In this document: positions 1 to 9,275 of the stretch, piece after piece
Layout: every line of letters begins with the position of its first letter
Numbering within the stretch: the stretch's first letter is position 1
Source of the DNA: Nanobdellati archaeon
GTDB taxonomy: Archaea > Nanobdellota > Nanobdellia > Woesearchaeales > JAADFO01
Direction of reading: 5' to 3'
NCBI GenBank assembly: GCA_013152815.1
Contig: JAADFO010000014.1
Span: 1 to 41,105, forward strand
DNA length: 41,105 nt
Notes under the pieces: generated by a model
What the model was told of the DNA's origin: nothing
The model's input: the letters and a program-made list of their open reading frames with translations, nothing else
Database searches by the model: none
Made by a program: the position numbers and the translations under genes

Positions 1-1
1 G

Positions 2-373
2 AATAATGGAAGAAGCGTGATGCTAGAATCAAATTTTGAAAGTATTCTTGTAGAAAGATTAGATGATTTAGAAGAAGGTTTGACCTTAATAAAAAGACAA
101 TATTCTATACCCCCAGTTGGAAGAATTGATTTATTTTGTAAAGATAAGGAGAATAATTTAGTGGTGATTGAATTAAAAAAGTTTGGAGCCAAAGAATATT
201 CAATAATAGACCAGATTTCGAGATATATGGGATATATAAAAAATCATGTGGCTAAAGAAAATCAAAAAGTAAGAGGAATTATTGTGGTTGGAAATGTAAG
301 TGATAAATTAAAATACGCTTCTTCTATAATACCCAATCTGGAAGTAAAATCATTTAAAATTAATATATCCTGA
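2..373 (+). CDS. NucS/EndoMS C-terminal-type (DUF91) PD-(D/E)XK nuclease domain protein, probably 5'-truncated by the window edge
   Basis: Motifs LESNFE, RQYS, GRIDLFCKD, LVVIELK, DQISRYMG and VRGIIV match the NucS-like nuclease domain. The frame is open from base 2. The DNA is visibly AT-rich compared with the rest of the window. Confidence 0.75.
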   Translation, partial: NNGRSVMLESNFESILVERLDDLEEGLTLIKRQYSIPPVGRIDLFCKDKENNLVVIELKKFGAKEYSIIDQISRYMGYIKNHVAKENQKVRGIIVVGNVSDKLKYASSIIPNLEVKSFKINIS

Positions 374-665
374 ATACGAAAATAACCCCATTCATTCAAT
401 TGAAGAAGCAAAAAAGATGTTGCGAGAGGACGATAATGTGAAAAAATATTTTTGGAATCAAGTTAAAGAGAGCACATATGATTTCAAAAAAGAAATAATT
501 TCATTCTTAAAATCTTTCTTAGCCCCAAAATCTTAGTAGTCCAGACAGTTACACTCGCTACGCTGGATATTTATTTATCGTGAAAATCGACTTCTTCGTT
601 ACGCTTCGCTCCACTACGACCACACCGCGCTCTCACTCCACTCCGTTCCATTCGGAGCTTAACGT

Positions 666-992
666 TCAGTGCAGCGCATAGATTGCTTCGCCGAACATCA
701 TCACTCCAAGGATGAGCGGTGCCTGCTCTTTGTAGTAGCCATGCAAAGAAGCGGTGGCTGCACCGATCGCGACCAGGGTGAAGATCAATGCGGTCAGTAT
801 GCTCATGATGGAGAATCTTCCATGATGCACCTTGAGCAGGATAAGGGTCATGAGCTGCAGACCGACCATCAGGATGGCTCCGAGAAACACCTTGTCGACA
901 GGAAGAGAGAGGGTAAATATCCCAAGCTCTTCAAGGATGATGAGAATGCTCAGAGGCAACATGACGATGGCGAAGACCTTTCCGATGACCAT
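666..992 (-). CDS. small 4-TM hypothetical membrane protein
   Basis: 108 aa with four hydrophobic segments. TATA-like TTTATTAA on the minus strand about 25 nt upstream. Confidence 0.7.
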   Translation of the reverse strand: MVIGKVFAIVMLPLSILIILEELGIFTLSLPVDKVFLGAILMVGLQLMTLILLKVHHGRFSIMSILTALIFTLVAIGAATASLHGYYKEQAPLILGVMMFGEAIYALH

Positions 993-1033
993 GACAGCAA
1001 GATATCGTCTGGATTAATAAAGATTTGCTGCAG

Positions 1034-1372
1034 TCACTCATTGTTGCAGTTATGTGACTTTCCGATCTCCTTATCCAAGAAGAACCCGATGATGGACCGG
1101 AGGATGATGATGGAACCAAGAATGATGAGACCTTCTGTGCTGGGTTCCACGATAGTGAGGATTATGTCGGCGGCCAACAGGAATTCCAGGCCCAGCAAGA
1201 TGAAAGAACCGAAATGATGCCGCAGATGCTCCCGCTGTTTACAGATGAGAGCGCCCGCTGATTTGGATGATTCTGAACGCAGAAGACCGATGATAGCTCT
1301 CATCGCGCCCCAGAAGATGACACCGACGCCGATGAGGCCGATGAAGTTTGCCATAAGCTCGAGCAGGAACAT
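1034..1372 (-). CDS. DUF1622 family membrane protein
   Basis: LRHHFGSFILLGLEFLLAADIILTIVEPS...LRSIIGFFLDKEI is the typical DUF1622 pattern. Start placed at ATG 1372, about 25 nt below TTTAAATA. Confidence 0.8.
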   Translation of the reverse strand: MFLLELMANFIGLIGVGVIFWGAMRAIIGLLRSESSKSAGALICKQREHLRHHFGSFILLGLEFLLAADIILTIVEPSTEGLIILGSIIILRSIIGFFLDKEIGKSHNCNNE

Positions 1373-1443
1373 ACCTCTTCCGAAGAAAAGCACCTATTTA
1401 AAGGTTACCAAGAAAGCTTTGCACAAAGGATTCATAATCTCGT

Positions 1444-2454
1444 CTACGCTTTGGTCGGGCCCTCTTTTCTCGCGTAGCCCATGACGATCTTGCCGTCGAG
1501 GATCCTGGTCTTGACGAAGAGGTGGTCGAACCAGGAGAGGAACAGGATGGCAGGTACCCGGAGAAACCGCGGCAGGTTCATTGACCGGCAGGCCTCTTCT
1601 GAAAATGCCCCGAAATGCTGCATCTTCTTGATGGTGAAATGTCTTTGTATAGAAGAGAGCATCTCTTTCCCTGTGGTATCCTCAAAGGGCGAGTCATGCT
1701 CATGGTGTTCCAGGTCGGCGTCGATGTCCAGCTCGACATCCTGCCTCAGCACATATCGTCTGAAGACTGTCTTGACCATGCTTTTGTAGGCCCTGAACCG
1801 CACAGAATAGGGCCAGGCCAGAGGAAGGAAGAGATTGAGGGTCATCTCAAGACCCTGGCTTATGCGTGTTCGGAAAGACTGTTGTTTCCCGCCCCATACC
1901 CGTTCTGAGAAGAGGAACATCCCTCCGGGCTTCAATGCGTCGTGGATCTCTGCCATGAGCCTGTCGATGTGGGGGATATGATGCAGGCCGTCCCATGCGG
2001 TGATGAGGTCATAGGTGTTCTTCGGAAAGGTGTGGGTGTTGAGGTCGGCGACGATCCAATGGATGCTGCCTGTCGGCTTTTTCCTGAGTTTTGCCTGATA
2101 GGATCTTGCGACAGCAATCTCCCGTCTGCTCAGGTCGATGGCATCCACCCGCTTGCCTGCACGGGCAAGCTCAAGGCTGAGGAACCCTGCGCCGCAGCAG
2201 AGGTCCAAGGCACGCTTTCCTTTGGCCTGTCTGGCGAAATCTATGAAATCATCTCTGGCGATGCCGAAAGGGGTCAGGGATTCCAACCAGGGATCCTGGA
2301 TATAATCGCCCCAGCCCAGAGAGGAACGTCTCACACGGTAGCGGGTCGCCCGCTGAAAGTCCATGGTAAGCGGGATGCCGCCTTTGCTGCGCTCTTCAGC
2401 CATCATTCCCCAGAAATCCGCTTCTTTTCGCAGATTATGCTCATAGCTGTCCAT
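1444..2454 (-). CDS. class I SAM-dependent methyltransferase
   Basis: ALDLCCGAG motif I, AIDLS, YDLITAWDGLHH, ALKPGG. Start at ATG 2454, below TTTATAAA at about 2477-2484. Confidence 0.85.
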   Translation of the reverse strand: MDSYEHNLRKEADFWGMMAEERSKGGIPLTMDFQRATRYRVRRSSLGWGDYIQDPWLESLTPFGIARDDFIDFARQAKGKRALDLCCGAGFLSLELARAGKRVDAIDLSRREIAVARSYQAKLRKKPTGSIHWIVADLNTHTFPKNTYDLITAWDGLHHIPHIDRLMAEIHDALKPGGMFLFSERVWGGKQQSFRTRISQGLEMTLNLFLPLAWPYSVRFRAYKSMVKTVFRRYVLRQDVELDIDADLEHHEHDSPFEDTTGKEMLSSIQRHFTIKKMQHFGAFSEEACRSMNLPRFLRVPAILFLSWFDHLFVKTRILDGKIVMGYARKEGPTKA

Positions 2455-2592
2455 GCCGTGAAGAATCAAGACTCCCTTTATAAAGGTTTCGACTATTAAC
2501 TACTGTTAAGTGAGTAATACTGAAGAATGTCCTGAAGAGATCGGAATATCGGAAAAGTATCTTTATAATGGAGACCTCCTTCACTTTAAGCG

Positions 2593-3123
2593 ATGGCAGA
2601 GACAGGACACATCAACGAGCAGGAATTCATCCGGGAAGTCAGGGACCTGGATGAATGGGACATCTTCCTGACCTATGTCGAAGAAGGAACGATCCTCATT
2701 GCAGAGAAGCCGGAGAGCAACCAGGCATTGAACGACTACCTTCAGGGCGCGTGGATGCGGAAATCCTGGAGAGCCATGAAATATCTGATGGAGCGGGAAG
2801 GGTTCGAGGGATATTTCCAGAGACCGGATATCAGGCAGCAGATACTTGAGGAGGCCCTGTTCATGATCAACAGAGAACAGGACCATGGACAGAAGGACGG
2901 AACGCTCCGGCAGGCTCAGCAGGCCATACTCTACGGTCTCGACCTGACGGTCGACGACAAGGACTGGAAAAAACTCATGGAACTGACAGACACCATAGGA
3001 AGAAGATATGACTGGACAGGAACCAGCCCTCAGGAAAGCAGATTCTATCGTTTCCTCCCTGCAAACTACATTCTGCAGCTTTATACGCAGGAAGGATGCG
3101 ACCCAGCCCGCAGTCTTGGATAG
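2593..3123 (+). CDS. hypothetical protein
   Basis: 176-aa ORF with host-like codon use and TTTATAAT about 25-30 nt upstream. No recognisable motif. Confidence 0.6.
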   Translation: MAETGHINEQEFIREVRDLDEWDIFLTYVEEGTILIAEKPESNQALNDYLQGAWMRKSWRAMKYLMEREGFEGYFQRPDIRQQILEEALFMINREQDHGQKDGTLRQAQQAILYGLDLTVDDKDWKKLMELTDTIGRRYDWTGTSPQESRFYRFLPANYILQLYTQEGCDPARSLG

Positions 3124-3195
3124 GGTTTTAAATATATGGAGATTCATGGCAACGACAAAGGGCATAAACCCTGTACCCTACACGAAGGTGAGACC

Positions 3196-4437
3196 ATGAG
3201 ATATGCATCCCTGATACTGCTTGCGGCTGTTGCGTTGCTGATCGCAGGCTGCGGAGAGAACGCAGGCAACAATCCGAAGATCGTGACATTGGACGCCACA
3301 GACAGCAACCTGCACGCAGTGGTCAGTGCGAACAACCGGTTCGCCTTCGACCTCTACAAAGAACTCATCGCGACAGGGGAAGGCAACATCTTCTTCTCAC
3401 CCTACAGCATCTCCACGGCGCTTGCCATGACCTATGAAGGAGCAAGAGGAGAGACCGCCCAACAGATGAAGGAGGTCTTCCATTTCCCGGAGAAAGACAT
3501 CCTCAGAAAAGGATCGAACAGGATGTACCACATCATCAACAGGGGAGCAGACGACTATACGCTCAGGACAGGGAATGCGCTATGGGCACAGCAGGACTTT
3601 GCCTTCCTCGATTCCTATCTGAACACCGTCGGAGAGGTCTACGGCGGCAAGACGAGCAACGTGGACTTTGTCCATGACACGGCGGATGCCGTCAAGACCA
3701 TCAACACCTGGGTAGAGGACCAGACCGAAGGAAAGATCAAGGACATCCTCTCAGAAGGAGACGTCTCGCCCATGACTCGCCTTGTGCTGACGAACGCCAT
3801 CTATTTCAAAGGAGATTGGAAGCTGCAGTTCAAGCAGGAAGACACCGACAAGGAGCAGTTCTACCTCACGCCGGACAATCCCGTCGATGTATCCATGATG
3901 CACCTCTCCGGAGAAGATGCACAGTTTCTTTACATGGAGAATGATGACCTGCAGGCCGTCGTCCTGCCCTATGAAGGCGACGAAGTCTCCATGATGGTGC
4001 TCGTCCCGAAAGGAGACGACTACAACGAGATGGACGCCCTCCTCACCACAGAGTATCTTGACAGCATCGAGAAAGGGCTTGTCAGCAAAAACGTTATCCT
4101 CAGCATGCCGAAATTCAAGTTCGAGACCAGAACATATCTTGCAAGTAAACTGAAAAAGATGGGCATGCCGCTCGCCTTCAGCAGAGCTGCAGACTTCTCA
4201 GGCATGACCGGCAACAAAGATATCTACATCGACAGGGTCATCCATCAGGCCTATATCGATGTGGATGAAGAAGGGACAGAGGCTGCGGCAGCGACAACAG
4301 TCACCATGAGAACAACCGCTATGGCTCCGCAGGAACAGGTCATCTTCAGGGCAGACCGGCCGTTCGTCTTCCTCATCAGGGAGAACACCAGCGGAGACGT
4401 CCTTTTCATGGGCAAGGTCAGGGATCCGAGAGATTAA
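3196..4437 (+). CDS. serpin (serine protease inhibitor), predicted lipoprotein
   Basis: NIFFSPYSISTALAMTYEGARGET, NAIYFKGDW, hinge DEEGTEAAAAT and FRADRPFVFLIRE. N-terminus MRYASLILLAAVALLIAGC carries a lipobox. GAAGGTGA SD precedes ATG 3196. Confidence 0.95.
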   Translation: MRYASLILLAAVALLIAGCGENAGNNPKIVTLDATDSNLHAVVSANNRFAFDLYKELIATGEGNIFFSPYSISTALAMTYEGARGETAQQMKEVFHFPEKDILRKGSNRMYHIINRGADDYTLRTGNALWAQQDFAFLDSYLNTVGEVYGGKTSNVDFVHDTADAVKTINTWVEDQTEGKIKDILSEGDVSPMTRLVLTNAIYFKGDWKLQFKQEDTDKEQFYLTPDNPVDVSMMHLSGEDAQFLYMENDDLQAVVLPYEGDEVSMMVLVPKGDDYNEMDALLTTEYLDSIEKGLVSKNVILSMPKFKFETRTYLASKLKKMGMPLAFSRAADFSGMTGNKDIYIDRVIHQAYIDVDEEGTEAAAATTVTMRTTAMAPQEQVIFRADRPFVFLIRENTSGDVLFMGKVRDPRD

Positions 4438-4441
4438 GATA

Positions 4442-5104
4442 CTAGGAGANNNNNNNNNNNNNNNNNNNNNNNNNNNNNNNNNNNNNNNNNNNNNNNNNNN
4501 NNNNNNNNNNNNNNNNNNNNGTTATGATGATTCCTGCAAGAATCAGGAAGATAAGCAAGAATGCAAGGAACCAATATCCTGCTTTGGACGAGGTTCTTGA
4601 TTCAAACGGACGCTCTGACAAAGGCGAAAGCATCATGCCTGTTTCATTGAAGAGAACGGCATATAACAAGGGTTCATCCCTAGATACAGGTATGGATACT
4701 GAGTGAGATATATCGGGTGTGATATTTATCAGGGGGTCTCCATTAAAACAGGAGAGATCCACTGTATTCGACGCATGGCACTCCACCCATTCATACCGGG
4801 TAGGATTAAGATTCTTATAAAGATGGAAGGTAACGTTGATTTCAGATGGCAAAAAACTGATATTCTTGGTCCAGAATGCACAGGAAGGCCATCCGTCAAG
4901 CCATTCAGCGTCATAGCAGGAAATATGTAATATGCTCCTGTTCTCGTTTGTAGAGATTACAAAAATGTTCTGCCGGTCATTCAACGATGGAGCGAATGAC
5001 CGATTAATGTAGAAGGTCACACCATACGCATCATGGTATTCCAAGACAACAGCAGAGACAGCGGGCAGGACGAGCAAAAAGAGAATAAAGAATATAAGTT
5101 TCAT
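4442..5104 (-). CDS. secreted, C-terminally anchored surface (glyco)protein; 3' end uncertain because of the gap
   Basis: Signal peptide MKLIFFILFLLVLPAVSA, six N-x-S/T sequons, four Cys, and a C-terminal TM segment YWFLAFLLIFLILAGIII running into the gap. Confidence 0.7.
   Translation of the reverse strand: MKLIFFILFLLVLPAVSAVVLEYHDAYGVTFYINRSFAPSLNDRQNIFVISTNENRSILHISCYDAEWLDGWPSCAFWTKNISFLPSEINVTFHLYKNLNPTRYEWVECHASNTVDLSCFNGDPLINITPDISHSVSIPVSRDEPLLYAVLFNETGMMLSPLSERPFESRTSSKAGYWFLAFLLIFLILAGIIIXXXXXXXXXXXXXXXXXXXXXXXXXS
4450..4520. other. assembly gap (71 N)
   Basis: Run of N bases. Confidence 1.
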
Positions 5105-5142
5105 AAGAAATCAACAAAGAAGGAAATATTAAAGGTTTTCTA

Positions 5143-6774
5143 TCATATCTTGATCTCAAAGCCGACGACCGGCATGTCGAGCTCCCAGTTCGCAAGCACC
5201 GCCGGCGACAGCTGCTCGCCGATGAACCCTGCTTCGACAGTGTCGATGAATATCCTGCCTGCCCTGCCGGGGATGAACGACGGGTGTTCACAGGGCTTGA
5301 CCATGACCTCCCTGTCCGTAAGCATCATGAGATAGTCGAGGACCTGGCGGATGGACGTATAGTCGGCCTTGGCGTCGCAGAGCGCCACCGCAAGATGCTC
5401 TTCTTCCCTGATGCCGGTCTCGGTCACCCCGTCCTTGTCCTCCAGGAAGACGCTTCCCATCTCGAAGATGCGCTGCGGATATTCATTGTGCCTGTTCCGG
5501 GAAAGCACTGCAAGCAGCATCGGCAAGAGTTCCCTTCGCAGGGAAGAATGTTCTATGGTCAATGCGTTGGAGAGCTCGATAAGCTCACCTTTCGCCTCCA
5601 TCTTCCTGAGCTGGTCTTCCTTGTTGGTGATGTGATAGGTGGAGGTCTCCAGCAATCCAAGACCGACAAGGATCTCTGCGATCCTGTCCTTCTGCTTCTC
5701 GCGTGCGTTCTCTTCACCGAGGGTGGGTGTCTTGGGCATCTCCGCGACAAAATTCTCGTAGCCATAGGCTATCGCGATATCCTCCACAAGATCGACCTGA
5801 TGGATGATGTCCGCACGGTAGGCAGGGACCTGGACCCTGCCTTTCTGGTAGCCATGGCCCATGCGTCCAAGATGCTCTTTGAGGTCTTTCTCTGACAGTT
5901 CCAGCCCCAGCCGTCGGTTGACATAGGCCAACGAAAGGTCCATCTCCCAGGGCTTCAGGTCAGGGGTCTTCTTCTTTCCCTCCGGATAGGCCAGGGTCAT
6001 CTGGTGTATCTCGCCGCCCATGTCGGCGAGGGCGGTGACGATCATGTTCAGTCCTCTGTGCAACACAGTGAAGTCGAAGCCTGAGCATTCGACGAAGACA
6101 TCTTTCGTCTGCTCATTGATGCGGCCGGTCTTCTCTGAGTTGATGAGGGGTGGCATGGACAGTATCTCGTCGTTGGCGTCGATGAAGACAGGAAACAGCT
6201 CTTTCCCTTCCAGCAGATGACCGTACTCCCGACCTGCGGGGTGTTGAGAGAGTATCTGCAGCCCATCCATCTCGCGGGAAGCTTCAAGCGGCCGGAACCT
6301 GATCTCTTTCGGCGGCAACGCGGTGTAGCGGATGGGCATCTTGATCTTCTCAAGAGGATATATCCCTATCGCCATCTTCTTCCTGTTTCGTCCATAAGAA
6401 ACGTGCATCTTCTCCTGTATCTGGATGACCTCCCGGATGCGTTCATCCGTGAAGGAGATGCCTTTCACGATGGCGCAGGCGGTATAGGGTCTCACGTTCT
6501 TGACAGGTTCCTCGATGATGAGCCTCTCGGTGGCTGCCTTTACCGGATATTGGACAAGGCCTTTGACGCCGATGAACGACGAGAACGCCCTTGCCAGACC
6601 CTGCTCAGAAAGCATGTCCGGCCGATTCGGGAAGATCTCCACAGTGATGTCTTTATCCGTGACCTCGTCGAGGTCGGTTCCCAGATAGGCGAGCCTGTCC
6701 TTGAGCTCTTCTGTAGGCAGGGCTTTGCCGACGAGCTTCTCGAACTCTTTCCTGTTGAGGGTCACGGTTGGCAT
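5143..6774 (-). CDS. pheT: phenylalanine--tRNA ligase beta subunit (archaeal type)
   Basis: MPTVTL, EIFPNRPDMLS, QEKMHVSYGRNRKK, LSMPPLINS, VPAYRADIIHQVDLVEDIAIAYGY. Confidence 0.97.
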   Translation of the reverse strand: MPTVTLNRKEFEKLVGKALPTEELKDRLAYLGTDLDEVTDKDITVEIFPNRPDMLSEQGLARAFSSFIGVKGLVQYPVKAATERLIIEEPVKNVRPYTACAIVKGISFTDERIREVIQIQEKMHVSYGRNRKKMAIGIYPLEKIKMPIRYTALPPKEIRFRPLEASREMDGLQILSQHPAGREYGHLLEGKELFPVFIDANDEILSMPPLINSEKTGRINEQTKDVFVECSGFDFTVLHRGLNMIVTALADMGGEIHQMTLAYPEGKKKTPDLKPWEMDLSLAYVNRRLGLELSEKDLKEHLGRMGHGYQKGRVQVPAYRADIIHQVDLVEDIAIAYGYENFVAEMPKTPTLGEENAREKQKDRIAEILVGLGLLETSTYHITNKEDQLRKMEAKGELIELSNALTIEHSSLRRELLPMLLAVLSRNRHNEYPQRIFEMGSVFLEDKDGVTETGIREEEHLAVALCDAKADYTSIRQVLDYLMMLTDREVMVKPCEHPSFIPGRAGRIFIDTVEAGFIGEQLSPAVLANWELDMPVVGFEIKI

Positions 6775-6791
6775 TTCAGTTCATCCATCGC

Positions 6792-8313
6792 TCATTTCAT
6801 CCATTGCTTTATCGTGCGTAATCGTCTGAGATCATTATCATAGATGTCCCTGAGGTTATCGATGCCGAAATAGTCGGTGACGTTCTATCCCCAGACCCCA
6901 GGCAAGGACAGGAACATCGATGCCGAGGAGCGGCTTGACGAGCTCTGGCCGAAAGATGCCAGAGCCTCCCAGCTCGATCCATTGCTTCTTGACAGGATGG
7001 AACCCTTCGACCTCTGCAGAAGGTTCGGTATAGGGAAAATGTGCTGGCCTGATCCTGACCTTCTCGAACCCCATCTTCCTGAAGAAGGTCCTGAGATACC
7101 CCAGGAGATGACGGAACGTGACATCGGGGTCTATGACGATGCCCCCCACCTGGTAGAATTCGAAGAGGTGCTTCCAGTCCAGCGATTCGTTCCGGAACAC
7201 CTTCATCACCTGGAAGGTCTTCACCGGCAGGTCTTCTGGCCGTGTCTCGGCGAGGACCTTTGCCGAGAGATAGGTGTCATGGGTGATGAGGATGTTCTGT
7301 CGTGCCTGGTCACGGTCCCATCTGCCTCCCCATCCCCGGGAACCGGTGTCTCCACCGGTCTCATGCACGTCTCGCACCTTTTTCCAGACAGGAGGAAGGC
7401 TTCCCTGTTTCGGTTTCTTGATGAAGAACGTATCCTGTTCATATCTCGCAGGATGGTCCTGGGGGACGAACAACGCATCAAGATCCCAGAACTCGGTCAT
7501 GATGTGAGGGCCTTTCATCTCCTTGAAGCCGAGTTCAAGCCACAGGTCCTTGATGGCCCGGATGGTCTGGTTGACAAAATGCCTTCTGCCGCCTGAGATG
7601 GAGGGGACGTTGATGGAGACGTCATACTTCCGGAAGGTCTTGCCTTTCCAGGTCCCTTGCTTGAGCATCCCGGGGGTGAGGCTTTCGAGCACGTCGCTGG
7701 TGAGTTCCATGGCAGCCAGCCTCTTGCCCGCTTCGGTGAGCCTGACGTTGGTGGTCTTCTCTTCCCGTATCCGAAGGATCTGCCGCCGCCTGGAAAGCTC
7801 GTCGAAAGCGAAACGCAGCTCGTCCTGCAATGAATCGAGAGGCAGAGGGAATTCCTGCTTCAAGAAACGCTCTTCGAGGGTCTCCTTGGCAAGGATCTTC
7901 TTTCCGTTCTCGGTGATGGAACAGGTGAGGACCTTTCCCTTCTTCGTGTCGATGGCGGCCTTGCGTTTCAGGAGACCGATGCACACGTTCAGCTCGTCCT
8001 TCCCGAGCCCCGCTGATCTGCCGATCGCGTCCAGAGAGAGGGATTTCTTTTGGATGGCAGCGAGGAAACGTTTCTCAGGCAGCCCGTTCTCTTTGTAGAG
8101 CGTGCCGTTCCTGTCCAGTTCCACGACCTTCTTCCTGGCGATGTCAAGGAGGACGATATCCTTGTTGGAGAGCCACTGGAGCGCCCTGATGACTTCTACC
8201 TCTTTAAGACCGGATGCAGAGATGAGCGAGACAGCATCATGATGGGTGCGCAGGAAGGGAAGGACCTTCCGTTCCAGAGGATGCAGTCCTTGGGCGAGCT
8301 CTTCAAGTTTCAT
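6792..8313 (-). CDS. pheS: phenylalanine--tRNA ligase alpha subunit, with a frameshift at about 6879 near the 3' end
   Basis: DALFVPQDHPAR, VFRNE, FPYTEPS, WIELGGSGIFRPE, AWGLGIER. The called ORF stops at 6856, but the conserved tail (FGIDNLRDIYDNDL) continues in another frame to TGA at 6792. Confidence 0.93.
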
Positions 8314-8467
8314 TTAAAAAGAGAGGGAAAAAGAGGCTTATAAAGGTTTGGATGGGAAGCGGCCAAAGACGACCAGGCCCTGACAGGAGGATGCAAAGGA
8401 GAGCGACCGAAGCGACTGAACGCCAGAGAAGAAAGAATTATAAGCAAGAAGAGGCCCAGGAACTCCC

Positions 8468-9148
8468 ATGACCGTCTTTAAGATAGGACACCGGGGCGCC
8501 ATGGCGATGGAGCCGGAGAACACCCTCCGCTCCTTCAAAAAAGCCGTCGGGCTGGGTGTCGACTATGTGGAGCTGGATATCCGGCTTTCCGAAGACGAAG
8601 AGCTCATGGTCTTCCATGATGAATTCCTTGACCGCACCACCGATGGAGAAGGACCGGTACGAAGCCACACCAGGGAAGACCTGCAGAAACTGGATGCAGG
8701 AAAGGGTGAACAGATCTCCACACTTGAAGAGGTCCTGAAGGAATTGAAAGGGCAGGTGAAGTTCGTCATCGAGCTCAAGGAAGACCATCAGGAGGATAAG
8801 GTGGTGGCGCTCCTGAAGGAGATGAAGCTCGTCGACGATGCCATCATCATCTCTTTCGTCCACCGCCGTCTCGTCAAGGTCAGGGAGCTGTGCAAGGACC
8901 TGCAGACAGGGGTGTTGCTGGTGGCGGATCCGTTGCATCCGTCGAATCTTGCCAAGGACGCTGAAGCGGACTTCCTTTTCTCTGCCCATGCGTTCACAGA
9001 CAAGGAGATGGTCGACGAGATCCACGCTGCCGGGCTGCGCGTGGTGGTCTGGACCGTCCTCGCGAGAACGGATCTTAAGAAGATGCTGGAGTTGGGAGTG
9101 GACGGCATCGCGGTCAATGATCCTCGTCTGTTCGTGGAAGGACGATAG
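8468..9148 (+). CDS. glycerophosphodiester phosphodiesterase
   Basis: IGHRGA, PENTLRSF, VELDIRLS, VFHDEFLDRTT, IELK, VWTV, GVDGI. Confidence 0.93.
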   Translation: MTVFKIGHRGAMAMEPENTLRSFKKAVGLGVDYVELDIRLSEDEELMVFHDEFLDRTTDGEGPVRSHTREDLQKLDAGKGEQISTLEEVLKELKGQVKFVIELKEDHQEDKVVALLKEMKLVDDAIIISFVHRRLVKVRELCKDLQTGVLLVADPLHPSNLAKDAEADFLFSAHAFTDKEMVDEIHAAGLRVVVWTVLARTDLKKMLELGVDGIAVNDPRLFVEGR

Positions 9149-9275
9149 AAGAAGATAGAAGGAAGAAAGGGAGAGCTCGTCTGAGGGCCGGGCAGAGCAT
9201 CGTCCTCTGCGAGTTCGGCGGACCGCGGAAAGAGCGACGGATCCGCATCAAGACAATGAAGGAGAGGTGAAAAGG

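Noticed and set aside
545..665. Canonical integron attC site
   Set aside because: No clear RYYYAAC...GTTRRRY paired ends and no intI in the window. Kept only as an unclassified element.
8350..8430. SRP-RNA-like CCAGGCCC...GAGCGA fragment
   Set aside because: Lacks the GGAA tetraloop helix and the region is too short for an archaeal SRP RNA.
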